64,000 bases of DNA from Macrostomum lignano. Its lineage: Eukaryota. Both the position numbers and the translations under genes were made by a program. The stretch lies in NCBI GenBank assembly GCA_002269645.1, contig NIVC01001422.1:1-64000 (forward strand), written 5' to 3'. The notes beneath the pieces were generated by a model. The model was given only the letters and a program-made list of their open reading frames with translations. It was not told the DNA's origin and made no database searches. Positions 1-20,360 of this stretch are shown piece by piece. The number at the start of each line of letters is the position of its first letter. Positions within the stretch are counted from its first letter, which is position 1.

Positions 1-285
<285 letters not shown>

Positions 286-336
286 TACCCGAGAGTACCA
301 TACATGTATGTACATCAGGATCAATCATTATCTCAC

Positions 337-8743
<8,407 letters not shown>

Positions 8744-9143
8744 GGCAGCCGCTTACTTCCAATGATTATGATACTCAGATCAGATGCGACAGAAAATGTG
8801 AAAGGAACAGCGAAGTTAAAATTTAGCCACTCGAAATGTCTTAGTAGTAATTAGTTAAACAAAAGTTGGAGCATCTTTAGTATGGACCAAAAAATATAAT
8901 AAGAGTATTTTAAGGAAAAACGTTTTTTACTTTAAATAAAAGAGAATATTGTTCTGCTATCTGTTCCTCGACAAAACGCGCAATGTTTAAAATTCTTGTG
9001 TTAAATAATTACGTCAAACGGTTCTCTGTTGAGTTATACTCAAGTCAATTCATAACTAAATATTATCCTGTTTTGAACATGGAATGCGTTACAAATTTTT
9101 ATTATTATAAAATTATTATTAAATTATAATATTTTATTATTAT

Positions 9144-11197
9144 TGATGGGTTCGGCCTTTTTAAGCCTACGAGCGTATAGCTTCGGGCCTCAGAACTCAG
9201 AAATGAATCACTTAGAACTCTGGCCTCTCACTCCTGTCAGATGGTCAGCCCCATGGTAGCTAGATTGTGGGCGAGCAGCAAGGTCCTATACCTAAGAGAA
9301 GACAGCGAGAGACAAGCAGGGAGAATTTGAAAGGTAGAGATTAGCTAATCCGCAGATTAACTAACCCGCTGCCACCAGTCCGTGCGCCCCGGCTCACCAT
9401 ACCGGAGCTATCGAAATCGGACTTCCGACTAGAGGGGCACTGCATTTACCTGCCATCTAGTGTCTTTTAGCTGTCTAAATCTCGAAGTCATAGCCGAATA
9501 GAAGGGACGCTGCTGGGACTAAGATCGCATTGGCCATGCAGGGACAGAGAGGACTTCTGCAGGGGGTTCTTGCGCTGGCGAGCCTCTATACACTACTAAA
9601 TGTACTATTTCATTACTGAATTCCCAGAAGTACATGTATAAGTACACGCAACTGTACGCTTTTGGCACTAAATGTGTTAACACGCCGACAGATAGCGATG
9701 ATGTAGATGTATTGTTACTTTAGGAGACCTTCAGACTAATATTTATCTCGTTTTAGCCGCTTAGCTGCCTGAGGCCGCGCGAAAGCGCCAGTCTGGCACT
9801 TAATTCGCATGCTTATCATGATTTCTGAGAACGACTGATTGACTGGGAACTGCGCCGCTTCCGGTCCACTGTGACCCCTGCCTCTAGATCTAGCCACTCA
9901 TCTCAGCTGGCATTGCGAAAAAGAAAGAAAACATTGAGTCTTTAACTTCCAGATTTAACTTTCTCACTTAATCCGCAATCCTAGACACTTTAGATTGAGT
10001 TAGAGCGAATGGCTACTTTTAATATTAACTGACACTTCTGCCTCGAGATTGGCACACAAAAGCAAGTAAGCAAAAGTGCAAATCCTATCAGAATACCTAG
10101 GAAGGGGTCAGACAAAGGGCGCACCCAGTTAAGCAGGTCAAGAAAGCCTCTCACCAAACCAATCAGAGGACCTATCTGCCGGTAGCCAAGGAATCCACAG
10201 AGACCGCAGCGCTCGGATGGGATGCTGCTGCTGATCTTAACTGACGAGTGCCGCCGGTACTCTTCACCTGCCGGTTGTCGTTGCTGCTCTTAGATCACTG
10301 CCGGAAAATATCGATGATGCTTCTCAGGGAGAACTTAGCTGCTGAAGCCGGAACTGCCGGGGGAAGGGGGACCAGACGTCGAAGACGCTGCAGAAGCCGA
10401 AGGGGATCAGGTCGGCAGGTCTGGCTAAGGCCAAGGTAGGGATAACCACCAGTTACTTCGAGCGCGGGTCGAGTTGCCGCCTTTTATAGCTCTCAAGCGG
10501 CCGATTTGTTATAACGCGCGCCGAATTTTCTGATTGGTTGAGAGCTTTTGTTAAAATAGGCGCCGAATTTTCCGATTGGTCGAGCCGGGGGCAGTCAGGT
10601 GACTCTGATTGGCTGAGCTCAAGACCCCAAAACCCACCCCACCAGGTGGCCTTCAGACCCCAGGGAAGATGACAGGTGCGGTCATAAATCATGCGCAAAA
10701 CATAATAAAAGTCACTTGTCTAGACATCCTGGCGCCAAAAGTGACAGCAAAACACCCATAAATTAAAAGAGAAAGTAACAGAGCGAGTGGGTAGAAAGCT
10801 GGAAAGACCTCCTTGACCCAGACAGGCTGGAGCCAAAAGTGACAGCTAGACCGCCATAAATCACTGAAAACAGTGAAAAAGCCGCTAATCTTGTGGTCAG
10901 AATGGGGTTGAAACCATTCCTCCCAGACTTAGTGTCGCCCGTCTAGACTGCTAGAGGTCAATCCGTCTCAAACCCAGACAGTCTGACCTTCAAAGATGCG
11001 TAAACAATCCAAAATTAGAATCCTAAGAGAAGTACATTGAGTATTTATCATAATTAATAATGATGGCATAAATTAGTGTAGAACTTAGCCTGGATGAGAG
11101 AATGGAGAGAGATTCCTCAAGCTAGCCTACTGACAGTAGGGGAAAAGCGCATCGAAGTGAAATGTGCGGTTTTAAGATTGCAAAAACATCCTCATCA
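9144..11197 (-). mobile_element. Probable solo LTR (~2.05 kb)
   Basis: Termini TGATG...CATCA, flanked by TTAT on both sides (4-bp TSD, though in a TTA-rich context). Sharp GC shift against the AT-rich flanks, an internal CCAATx3 + TATA promoter, and no long ORF. Confidence 0.55.
10484..10612 (-). promoter_or_regulatory. Three CCAAT boxes followed by a TATA box (CTATAAAAG) inside the putative LTR
   Basis: Plus strand has tgattgg/cgattgg at about 10530, 10574 and 10605, and cttttatag at about 10481-10489. This is the canonical order on the minus strand. Confidence 0.55.
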
Positions 11198-12429
11198 TTA
11201 TTATTAATATTATTATTATTGTTTCTATAATATTGTTATTATTTAAATTTATTATTATATATTTTGCTATGAAAAAAGATAAGTTTTTCATCTACAGAAA
11301 TGATGTGTATTGTACATGCATGTACATGTAGGCAACTCAAGATGTAGCCATATTGGTTTGACAGAGATAGGCGGAAATTTAGTGGCCATGGACTGTAATT
11401 TAGTGAAATTACAGCAAATCGGTTTTTGAGCACCATGTACGGTTTCTTTTTTGTTTGCACTGCATCTGATAAAAGGCTATAAAAGTCAAGAGCCACTAGA
11501 AGTTACCGTTGTATAAATCGTATAAACTTCGAAGTTACGTTGGCTAACGAAAATCCTTGGCTACGCCACTATAATTGTAGCTCGTACAAGACATTTAGGA
11601 ATTACCCCTACAACCACAGTCTTTTTGAAAGCGAAAATATAAATATTGGGCCCAATACAAAAGCGCTTTGCTCTGCTTTCTTGGTTCGATTGAGAGTACA
11701 TAACTTTCACGGGCATATGGTTGTTTAATTGAATATATCCAGTAGGCCTTTTACGGTTCACTGCTACATCTAGTAGAATAGCTCGTAGATGGTTATGCTG
11801 CAGTGAGAGTTTCTTGTAGTAAGTGTTTAATACCCATTTCCACTATTGAAAAACATTGATTATTATCGCTCGACTAAGTAATTTCTATCCATCTAAACGT
11901 GGACCAGATCGAGCGGCTATATATTTAGGACGAAATTGGCCCACAACCGCATGAGCTCATGATCACCCACCTGCGCTTTTTCCTACAAGCATAAATCAGT
12001 TTTGATGGGAAATATGAAATAAAATGAATCCAATGATGACTGAATTAATTCAGTCAAATGAGCTGAATGTAAACATTGTTAAGGTATTCGGACAGAACCT
12101 TGTCAACACGTTCTATTTTCATTTTTTAATCAGCAGAAAGCATCTACTGAAGTAGCTTTTTGCCAACTATCACTATTTTTATCCAATATGGTTTTAGCAT
12201 TCATTTCTGATTCTATTTCAGGTATCGAGTAATCATGCTAAAAACGGATTTAAATTAAACAAAAAAGTGTGATTCTTTGGGTCACGCCTTTGTTTTCTTC
12301 GAAGTCTCAATTTGAAACATCTTTCGACGTCATTTGTCAGACTGCCATTTGGCTGTAGGCAGCTCAGCGGTAAATGCATCTTGACTCTCGCGCCACAATT
12401 CTTGATTCGATTCCGTGCGTGGACACCGC

Positions 12430-12720
12430 TAATCCACTCTTACCCCCGTCCTGATTGCTGATTGGCTGGCTTTGATTATCTAATCCACTCTTACCTCCGT
12501 CCTGATTGCTGATTGGCTGGCTTTTATTATCTAATCCACTCCACGCCATGCTGATTTCTGATTGGCTGGCTTTGATTATCGAATCCACCCTTACCCCCGT
12601 GCTGATTGCTGATTGGCTGGCTTTGATTATCTAATCCACTCTTACCCCCGTCCCGATTGCTGATTGGCTGGCTTTGATTATCTAATCCACTCTACCCATA
12701 CTGACTACTGATTGGCTGGC
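12430..12720. repeat. 51-bp tandem repeat (~6 copies), each carrying AGCCAATCAG on the minus strand
   Basis: Unit taatccactcttacccccgtcctgattgctgattggctggctttgattatc. Confidence 0.88.
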
Positions 12721-13575
12721 TCAGGTCAGTGAGGTACGAGCGTTACGAGCGTCAGAAAAGTTCAACACAACCCCAAAAGTCAATTGGTTCAAGTTTGAGC
12801 TCAGGTCTAAGTGTATAGTCATAAATTAGCTCGATTTGGCTCTTTTAATGCCTGTGTTTGAAGATCTAGGGATATTAGTGAAACAAAATATTTTATGCAG
12901 CACACATGTACACTCCGAGACAAAAAAACGCTGCGTTTCAAGTGTATTTGGAACTTTGGATTCGGAGGAATTTCCTTGGATGTTTTTACCTCCTCGGGCA
13001 GTCTCAGATATTTCAATTCCCTTCGTGTCAAGTTGAAGCTGTGGTACCAGCTGGCCAGCTAGAGGCATACATCAAGCCATGCCAGCCTCCAAAACCCCAT
13101 CTCAGGTGAAAAAAGGTGCCACACGCCAAGACGCCAAGAGCACACAATAAATTTGCACCGGCGAGTGTTGACAGGTATTGCAAATGCCCTGTTTGTCCTA
13201 CGAAAATTGGCCACAGAGAATCAATAATTTTGCAGTCTCTTCTTGGCTGTTGAAATTGAAATTCTTCTTCCCCAAGCTTGAGGTGTTTCGCGTGAAAAGC
13301 GGGCTAAAGTTACAGAAAAGCCACGCGAGGATGGCGGGAGCGGGAAATCGATGGGCATTTTTTTAGCAAACGGCCATAAGGGAAAAAGGCAGTGAGCGAT
13401 GGACTCTCGGGAAGGGAGCTAGTAATGAGAAATATACCTTTTCCTTCTCTTAATTGGCCAGCTGGACAATAACCAATGAGCTGCGGGATGCTCAAACAGC
13501 ACAAGATGCAGAAAATCTTGCTGATTCATCAGAGCGCTTCAGTGAATTCTAAGAATTTCGACCGTATCGGCACTG

Positions 13576-15009
13576 ATGAGCGACTTGTCCACCACGACAG
13601 CAGGCGGCCTTGGCAACGCCACGGCTACCGAAAGTGCCGCAGATGCCGCCGCGGCCGCAGCCGCTGCCTGGTGGGCTGCGGGCCTGCGCTGGACCCAGGT
13701 TGTCATGGCAACCCTCGGCCTGGCCGGAAACTCGTTAGTGGTGGCCACGCTGGCCCGACGCCGCTATCAATCTCGCTTCGCCACGGCGGTCTTCCTGCAT
13801 CAGACGGCGGTGGACCTGTTCGTGTGCGCCTTCACTCTGGTGATCATCCTGAAGCCAGATCAGAATCCCACGGACAGCCGCGGCCTCGGCTTTGTGCTCT
13901 GTCACGTGCTGAACAGCCAGCTGTTCTACTGGTACTCGGTGTTCGCCAGCGTCCAGAACCTGCTGCTGATTGCCATCGATCGCTACTGGGCCGTGTTCCG
14001 CCCGGTCCGGTACAAGACGCTCGGCTGGAGACCGGCAGCCGCCTGCCTAGGCGGACTGCACGCTTACTCGTTCCTCGTAAACATTATTGACGTGTTCTCC
14101 GTAGAGTTCGACTCGGGCAGCAACCTGTGCAGCAGCGAGATCACCAATCCCGTCTGGAAACGCGTATTCAAGGTGTACGGCTTCGCCTGGTTCGGCCTCG
14201 TCTACCTGGCGCCAGTGACCGGCGTTGTCTGCCTATACGTCGGAATCGTCTGCCGCCTAAGCGGTCGCGGCAGCCTCCGCTCCGCCGCCGCAGCCAGCCG
14301 CTTCCGACGACGCGCAGCCACCGAGCTGACCAAATCAGCCGTGGTGATCACGGGCATCTTTATTGTATGTTTCAGCTACGACTGCGTGTACTACCTGCTC
14401 GGGCACCTGGACCTGGTGCAGTACGTGTACAACTCGCCCACGCAGCTGATTGGCGTGTTCCTGGTGACCCTGAACTCCTGCGCCAATCCAGTTGTCTACT
14501 GCATCGTCATGCGCTCCTTTCGCGCTCGAATCGTAGCCGCAGTCTGCTGCTGCTGCAACGCCAGAAGACTCGGTGGCGGCTTGGTCAGACGGCGAAACAA
14601 CAGCAATAGTAATCGTGGAAAAGTCGAAGGCCTGGACGGCGAGGACGTGGGTCAGAGAACTGACACCGAATTTGTTTCGGCGGCCAGACGTGGTTGCAGT
14701 GGACGCCGTAACTATCAAAAGTGCACCGAAGACGATGGATGCTGCATTGACGATGAAGGAGATCCCGATGGCGATGAATTGGAAGAGTCTGGAAGCATCG
14801 ATGTCGAGGCGTCCCAGGAGCTGCAGCCAATCGTGTCCAATGCTGGCTCGTTGTCGCCGCTGTCCACTCCGGCTGAATCGCCAGCTCCGCGCCGACTTTC
14901 TGTCGGCTTTGGCTTGGGCCTCGGCTTCGGCTCCAGGGCCCGCCTGCTGGAGCCTCCCATCGCCATGAAGGAGCTGCGCTTTCGAGTGAAGCAGGTGCAG
15001 GCGCAGTAA
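13576..15009 (+). CDS. Intronless class A (rhodopsin-like) GPCR, peptide-receptor-like, 477 aa
   Basis: Seven hydrophobic segments; TM1 GN (LAGNSLVV), TM3 DRY (IAIDRYWAV), TM7 NPxxY (NSCANPVVY), extracellular Cys pair and a CCCC palmitoylation cluster. Confidence 0.95.
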   Translation: MSDLSTTTAGGLGNATATESAADAAAAAAAAWWAAGLRWTQVVMATLGLAGNSLVVATLARRRYQSRFATAVFLHQTAVDLFVCAFTLVIILKPDQNPTDSRGLGFVLCHVLNSQLFYWYSVFASVQNLLLIAIDRYWAVFRPVRYKTLGWRPAAACLGGLHAYSFLVNIIDVFSVEFDSGSNLCSSEITNPVWKRVFKVYGFAWFGLVYLAPVTGVVCLYVGIVCRLSGRGSLRSAAAASRFRRRAATELTKSAVVITGIFIVCFSYDCVYYLLGHLDLVQYVYNSPTQLIGVFLVTLNSCANPVVYCIVMRSFRARIVAAVCCCCNARRLGGGLVRRRNNSNSNRGKVEGLDGEDVGQRTDTEFVSAARRGCSGRRNYQKCTEDDGCCIDDEGDPDGDELEESGSIDVEASQELQPIVSNAGSLSPLSTPAESPAPRRLSVGFGLGLGFGSRARLLEPPIAMKELRFRVKQVQAQ

Positions 15010-15501
15010 TCGATGCGGAATCCAAACACCCATGATTAGTTCGCAAGATCCACGGCATGCAAAATGAAACAATTAATCTACAAACGCTCGGTCACGTGTT
15101 AATTCGCTATTTAGTTTGCCGGTTCTCTATCATTATTGTGGGCTCGGAATTCTTAGTTAGTTATCCTTCACTTTCACACTAGATATCACAGCGTCATACG
15201 ATGTACCTTATGTACCTTAAGGTAATTCTGTTAAGAACACTCATGCAGGGCGCGCTGAACAATGCTTAAAATAATTTCGCCCACCCCAAATCATAATTTT
15301 TAACAACTTATGAGCACTATGAGCTGCCTTTGAAATCTCTAAATGGAACGAACGACTCAGATTTAGTTTACTGAATTCGCTTTTTTTGTTTCCTATCGTC
15401 TATTAAACGGTTTGCTTACCTTCCTATCTGCATTGAAGGTGCAACTGCTTAAACAAAATTACAAACTGAAATTGAACTGCTCACAAGAGTCTGTACTCCC
15501 A

Positions 15502-16130
15502 TTGTGAGCTGGCTGCTGTGTTTTTTGGTCAGAGGGGATTTGCTGGTGGTAGCAACCTACAGCTGGCAGGCAAACAGCAGAATAAGGCGTCACGCCTGCT
15601 TCTGTTCTGGGATCGCACAGGCCTGCAGCGGCCAGTCAGTCAGGTGCCCAGCGAACCGAAAGCTTCAGAAAAGACTCTTTACAATAAGAGTCCACGCGAC
15701 TAGAACTGGGGTAGCTAATGGATAAAGAAGAGGGTGAAAAAAGGAGAGGAGAAGAAACTCCCAAATCCTTTTATTCGCTCAGCACGCCGAGACAGACAAC
15801 AATGGTTCAATAAAGACTGCCAGGTTTAGCTGGGATGTTGCTAAGATTTTGCCGCTAAGCAGCACATTCTGATGGCGCGGAACTAAGAAGAGACCTTGGC
15901 CCAGACTCAGCAACTGCCTCATCTGCATGCAAATGGCCAACCACCAGTTATAGGAATCCCCCAGCTCCAGCCCGTTCCCTCGCGAGCCTTTTGGGACGTC
16001 AAATTAACCAGCTCATCTGCCGCGCGTTAGATGACCCTTGTTCAAAGACTTCTCCACCAGAGCAAAGCTGTCTGTGGGGGGGGGTAAGTAATGGGAGAAA
16101 GGGAATGACGGACAGAGGAACATGGCTGAG
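15502..16130 (-). mobile_element. LTR-like fragment (boundaries uncertain)
   Basis: On the minus strand, CTATAA (~15950) precedes AATAAA (15775-15770) and a ...CTCACA end at 15502. The 5' terminus and TSD were not found. Confidence 0.25.
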
Positions 16131-17247
16131 TTCTGTCTGCCTGTACTCAAACTATTATAATTGTCGGCCCCGTAATGAACTAACTTCGCACTTGACGCTT
16201 CGTGGCGCTTTTCTCAGAAAAAGCACAAAATTTTTGGCTAGAGAATCGGGCGTTAATTAATTCGACAATTCGGCCATGAAATAACCGCTCGTTCGAGCCT
16301 CCATGTTCCTTCCATGTTCCACGAGAGGGTGTCTCATTAACCCACAGTGTTAGAATGGCTTTGAGTGGCTTGGAACTAGTGAGGTTTTTGCATCCCTGCT
16401 CGTACTCATTTTCCATGTAAGATACTTTTAAACTCCAGCTCTTTCAGCGAATCAAAACAAACCTGTCAAGATAGGAACGAGAATATATCTTCTTTTGTAG
16501 CATGAATTTATGCATAATCTTTCAAACTAAACCTTTATTTTTTAGGCGATGATAAGTGTGTGCCCTGTCTGATGATAAGAAAGTCAGGGATGCTGTGCAC
16601 CCTGTGTGAGTCTGCGTGCTCAGGGGACAGCGAACTGGGCCTCCTTGCTGACTTTATTTGCGGCAGGGACTAAAGCTCCCAGAAAAATTAACGGAAAAAA
16701 GAAAACTGAAGACCTGAAAACTCCCTGGATTCTAACGGTGCTGTTATATTGAGAACTTAAATTTAGTTCACAAAATTCTAAATTCTACTTGCACATGAAC
16801 TGCAAGCTGTAAGAAAAATTTAATCGAGCTAATGGGTTACTCTGTCCCATCTGCAACTCTTTCCGCAACCCGCTTTTCTCCATGCATTGGATTTTTTCCC
16901 TACAGAAAATCCCCCTCTGAGTCAGACCTCCTGCCTTTCCTTTGATGCCTTTGTCCCTCAGAAGTGGAGCCGTTAGTGAGAGCTGGGCACTCGCACCGGA
17001 CACTCACCACTGCCAGCCAGGGAATGATGAAGAGAATTAAAATAATTGACTCAACTGAGAACACTTGAAGGCGACAGTAGAAATGCTGTGGTCAAAGGAC
17101 TATTAATTCAGTGCCTACTTGTCTTGAATACCATTTAATGACTGTAACAAAAAATATCGATTAGTTTACGTGTGTTCGTGAGACATTTCAGTGAAGACTT
17201 GCAAATCGACGTTGGTTGCCTATGGGCGCAATCGTAGTCTGCCAACC

Positions 17248-17415
17248 AGGGGTGCTGGCGTTCCTTGGTGCTGGCGCCCCTTGGTGCTGGCGCCCCTTGG
17301 TGCTGGCGCCCCTTGGTGCTGGCGCCCCTTGGTGCTGGCACCCCTTGGTGCTGGCGCCCCTTGGTGCTGGCGCCCCTTGGTGCTGGCGCCCCTTGGTGCT
17401 GGCGCCCCTGGTGCT
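17248..17415. repeat. 16-bp minisatellite (~10 copies)
   Basis: Unit ggtgctggcgcccctt. Confidence 0.93.
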
Positions 17416-17974
17416 AAAGCGGTAATTCAGAGCATTGCAACGCGTATCGCAAACCCTTTGAATCATTCATTCGGTCGAATGCCTTCACACAAACAGAATT
17501 CATAAAATAGATGAATCAACAGCAAAGAAAAAACGGCAGATTAGGAGCGTTCGACATGAAATATTGATTGATTTCTCGGCGCTTTTTTGCAAAGCTGTGC
17601 CTGATTTTCACGGATTCTGTTTATCGTTAAAGGAATGGTTAAGGGATTTCATCTTTACAGAATTATTAAATAAACAGTGTAAGACTATTTAACAGGAGTT
17701 AAGAAGGTTTCCAGACTTCTGGAAATTCTGGTTCATCGACAGCAAATGCAGAAGGACGGTGAAGTATTTCATCTTTTTGACAGAAACTTTACAATTGATG
17801 TACATTACAATTGCAGTCATACGCGCAGGCACACACTCACACAGGAGTGCACAGCGGCCCTAACTTTATATTATCGTTAGGCATGTAAACTTCACTGTGC
17901 CCTGGGGTTGGCCCTCAAGGGCGTTAATTGCACGAGCAGAGCCAAGCCGAGATTCCAATTTAGCCCCAAATTAA

Positions 17975-18413
17975 GGTGGACTGCACTGGGAATCGAGCCT
18001 GGGCCGCTGGCACACCAGAGCGCCGCGCTGGACCCAGGGGCGTAGCCAGAGGGGGGGCAAGGGGGGCCGTGGCCCCCCCCAATCACCAGCTCTGGCCTTG
18101 GCGCCCCCCCCTAAAAGAAACTGGCGCCCCCCCCCTATAAGAAACTGGCGCCCCCCCCCCCTATAAGAAACTGGCGCCCCCCCCCCCCCTAAAAGAAACT
18201 GGTGCCCCCGGCCCCTCCTAAAAGAAACTGGCGCCCCCCCCCTAAAAGAAACCGGCGCCCCCCCCCCTATAAGAAACTGGCGCCCCCCTTAAAAGAAACT
18301 GGCGCCCCCCCTAAAAGAAACTGGCGCCCCCCTATAAGAAGCTGGCGCCCCCCTAACTCACGGCCCCCCCAATCAAAATTCCTGGCTACGCCCCTGACTG
18401 GGCTACGGCCGCC
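17975..18413 (-). mobile_element. tRNA-derived SINE head interrupted by a MITE
   Basis: Removing 18035-18396 restores ggcggccgTAGCCCAGTGGtcc...GGCTCGATTCCc on the minus strand, with A-box and B-box at tRNA spacing. Confidence 0.55.
18035..18396. mobile_element. Short non-autonomous TIR element with internal G/C-run tandem repeats
   Basis: TIR CAGGGGCGTAGCCAG / CTGGCTACGCCCCTG; internal repeats aagaaactggcgccccc; no TSD seen. Confidence 0.75.
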
Positions 18414-19579
18414 TCCAGTAAATTAACAAAATGGAAACGGTTTTATTTTAAGCGACGGAAATTTTCTACTTTCTAATGGTCGTTACGGACAATTCTCAGA
18501 CAAGAAAAAATTGCCTAGAATATGAAAAGTCGCTTTGAAACGAATGCACTGACAAGATTAGGAAAAAGCAGGTGCTTTGTTTTGCACTTTTCCATGTTTG
18601 TCAGTCTCCGGTAGCACTTTTAAAGGGGTAGAAACTATCCAATATGTCAAAACCTGTTGACTTGTGGTTAAAAATAGCTCGCAGTTTTTTGAAGATCAAA
18701 CAGTCGAGGACACCTGAGAAAAATTCAGATGTTAAGAATTGTGCTAATCTCCTCTAATTAGGGTGAGCCATGGATTTTATGGTACGTGGACACAGCTAAG
18801 AATTTTAAAAACGAAAAATTTTAATATTTTTTGGCACTTCAGTCACTCATTTTAGCGCCGCAGACACTCATTTTGGCGCCATTAAGTGAAATTCAGCTTT
18901 TACTAGGGGGGGGGGGACACATGTCCCCCTGTCCGTCCCAACCGGTGGTAAAAAATTCCAGCAGTTATTGTACCACTCTAAAATTGCAACCGAAGGCATT
19001 GGCAATTGTCACTTACTATAATTAGTGCTTTCTAATTAATTTTATGCACAACTTAATTATCACGCTATGGGCGGTTCACAATTATACTAAAATGTTTTTG
19101 TCTAAATTTGAGTTCAAAACTAAGCTGTATTTAAAATTAACTTTGGTCATATTTATATATAGATTTAAACTACTGAAAGTAGCCACGAGAGTGCAACGTG
19201 TATTGGGAGACTCATTTGAGGTTCATAATTGTGCTAAAGCTAAAGCCCCTGGTGCTAAAGCCCGTAGTGCTAAAGCCCCTGGCATTGAAGACACTTTCAA
19301 AAGACAAAGATTGACACTCAAAAACACATGTACATGTACGCTTAGGATTAAATGATTAAAATGACAGCCATCTGAATATTTTAAGGACCGAATGTGAATG
19401 CTAAGAATTTTCGACTAAAAAGTTAAATCAGCAGTGAATTCCTGTCAGCTTCTTCAAGCTCTCTGGTCACTGGACATGAAAGTCATTTAAAAGCTGGTGA
19501 ATAGGAGGACCGATTTATTGAGCACGGCTCTCGTTCCAGAACTTTCTTTAGAAATCGTTTTATGCGGGATCTGGCGGCA

Positions 19580-19582
<3 letters not shown>

Positions 19583-19623
<41 letters not shown>
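19583..19623. repeat. (GT)n microsatellite
   Basis: About 20 GT units. Confidence 0.95.
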
Positions 19624-19634
<11 letters not shown>

Positions 19635-20360
19635 ACGTGAGCAAGCATTGGGTGGCCCGGTGTGTACACAATAAGCACTGAATCTCTCACTGGCGCATCC
19701 CATGAGGGCTTGGAACTCAGAGTCCAGGAAACCAGCTTTGCCCATTCCTCCTAGCTGGCTCTCCCCCTCTTCCACCCACTCTTTTTCCCTGACCTAAAAG
19801 TAGTTGCTTGAACGAGCGAAAGACGGGGCAGAGGTGGAACGAGAGGTCTTCACCCGGCTTGTTCGACAGCAATTTCAACAAGCCAGAGAGAAAGCTGGAA
19901 AAATCTGAGAAACTGAAGAATTCCAAAGGGCTACTCGTTGAGCTGCTGTGAGTGACATTTTTGTAGGGCCACTGAAGTTGGACAGCCTTCTAAAAACATT
20001 ATAATTATACTGCTAGTGTAAAAACTAAGTACGTTTGCATGCTTGTTGAAATTGATAAAACATATTGTCAATCAGTACTTAAAATTCACTCTGTAGTCGG
20101 TGTGTCACTCTGTAGCCGGTGTGTCACTCTGCAGGCAGTGTGTCACTGTAACTAATAATGTGGTCCCTTTGTAGCTGAGGTGTCCTCTGTAATTAGTGTG
20201 TCCTTGTATAACCGGTGTGTCACTGACAAATCTTTTACGAATCCACTGTCTGGGTTTCATTCCAGAACAGACACCTTTTGGCAATATCAAACGCAAATTC
20301 GAAGGCACATCATGATGTGGTAATTATTTTCCAAAAGTTCGCAGCACCAAGAAACGTCCA

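Noticed and set aside
14127-15072. Overlapping and antisense ORFs across the GPCR (and likewise across WDR41, TRIM23, GRHPR and BEL pol)
   Set aside because: Expected by-products of GC-rich coding sequence; no motifs.
16600-19975. Further LTR-like GC-richer patches (16600-17030, 19690-19970)
   Set aside because: No paired termini, TSD, PBS or PPT identifiable.
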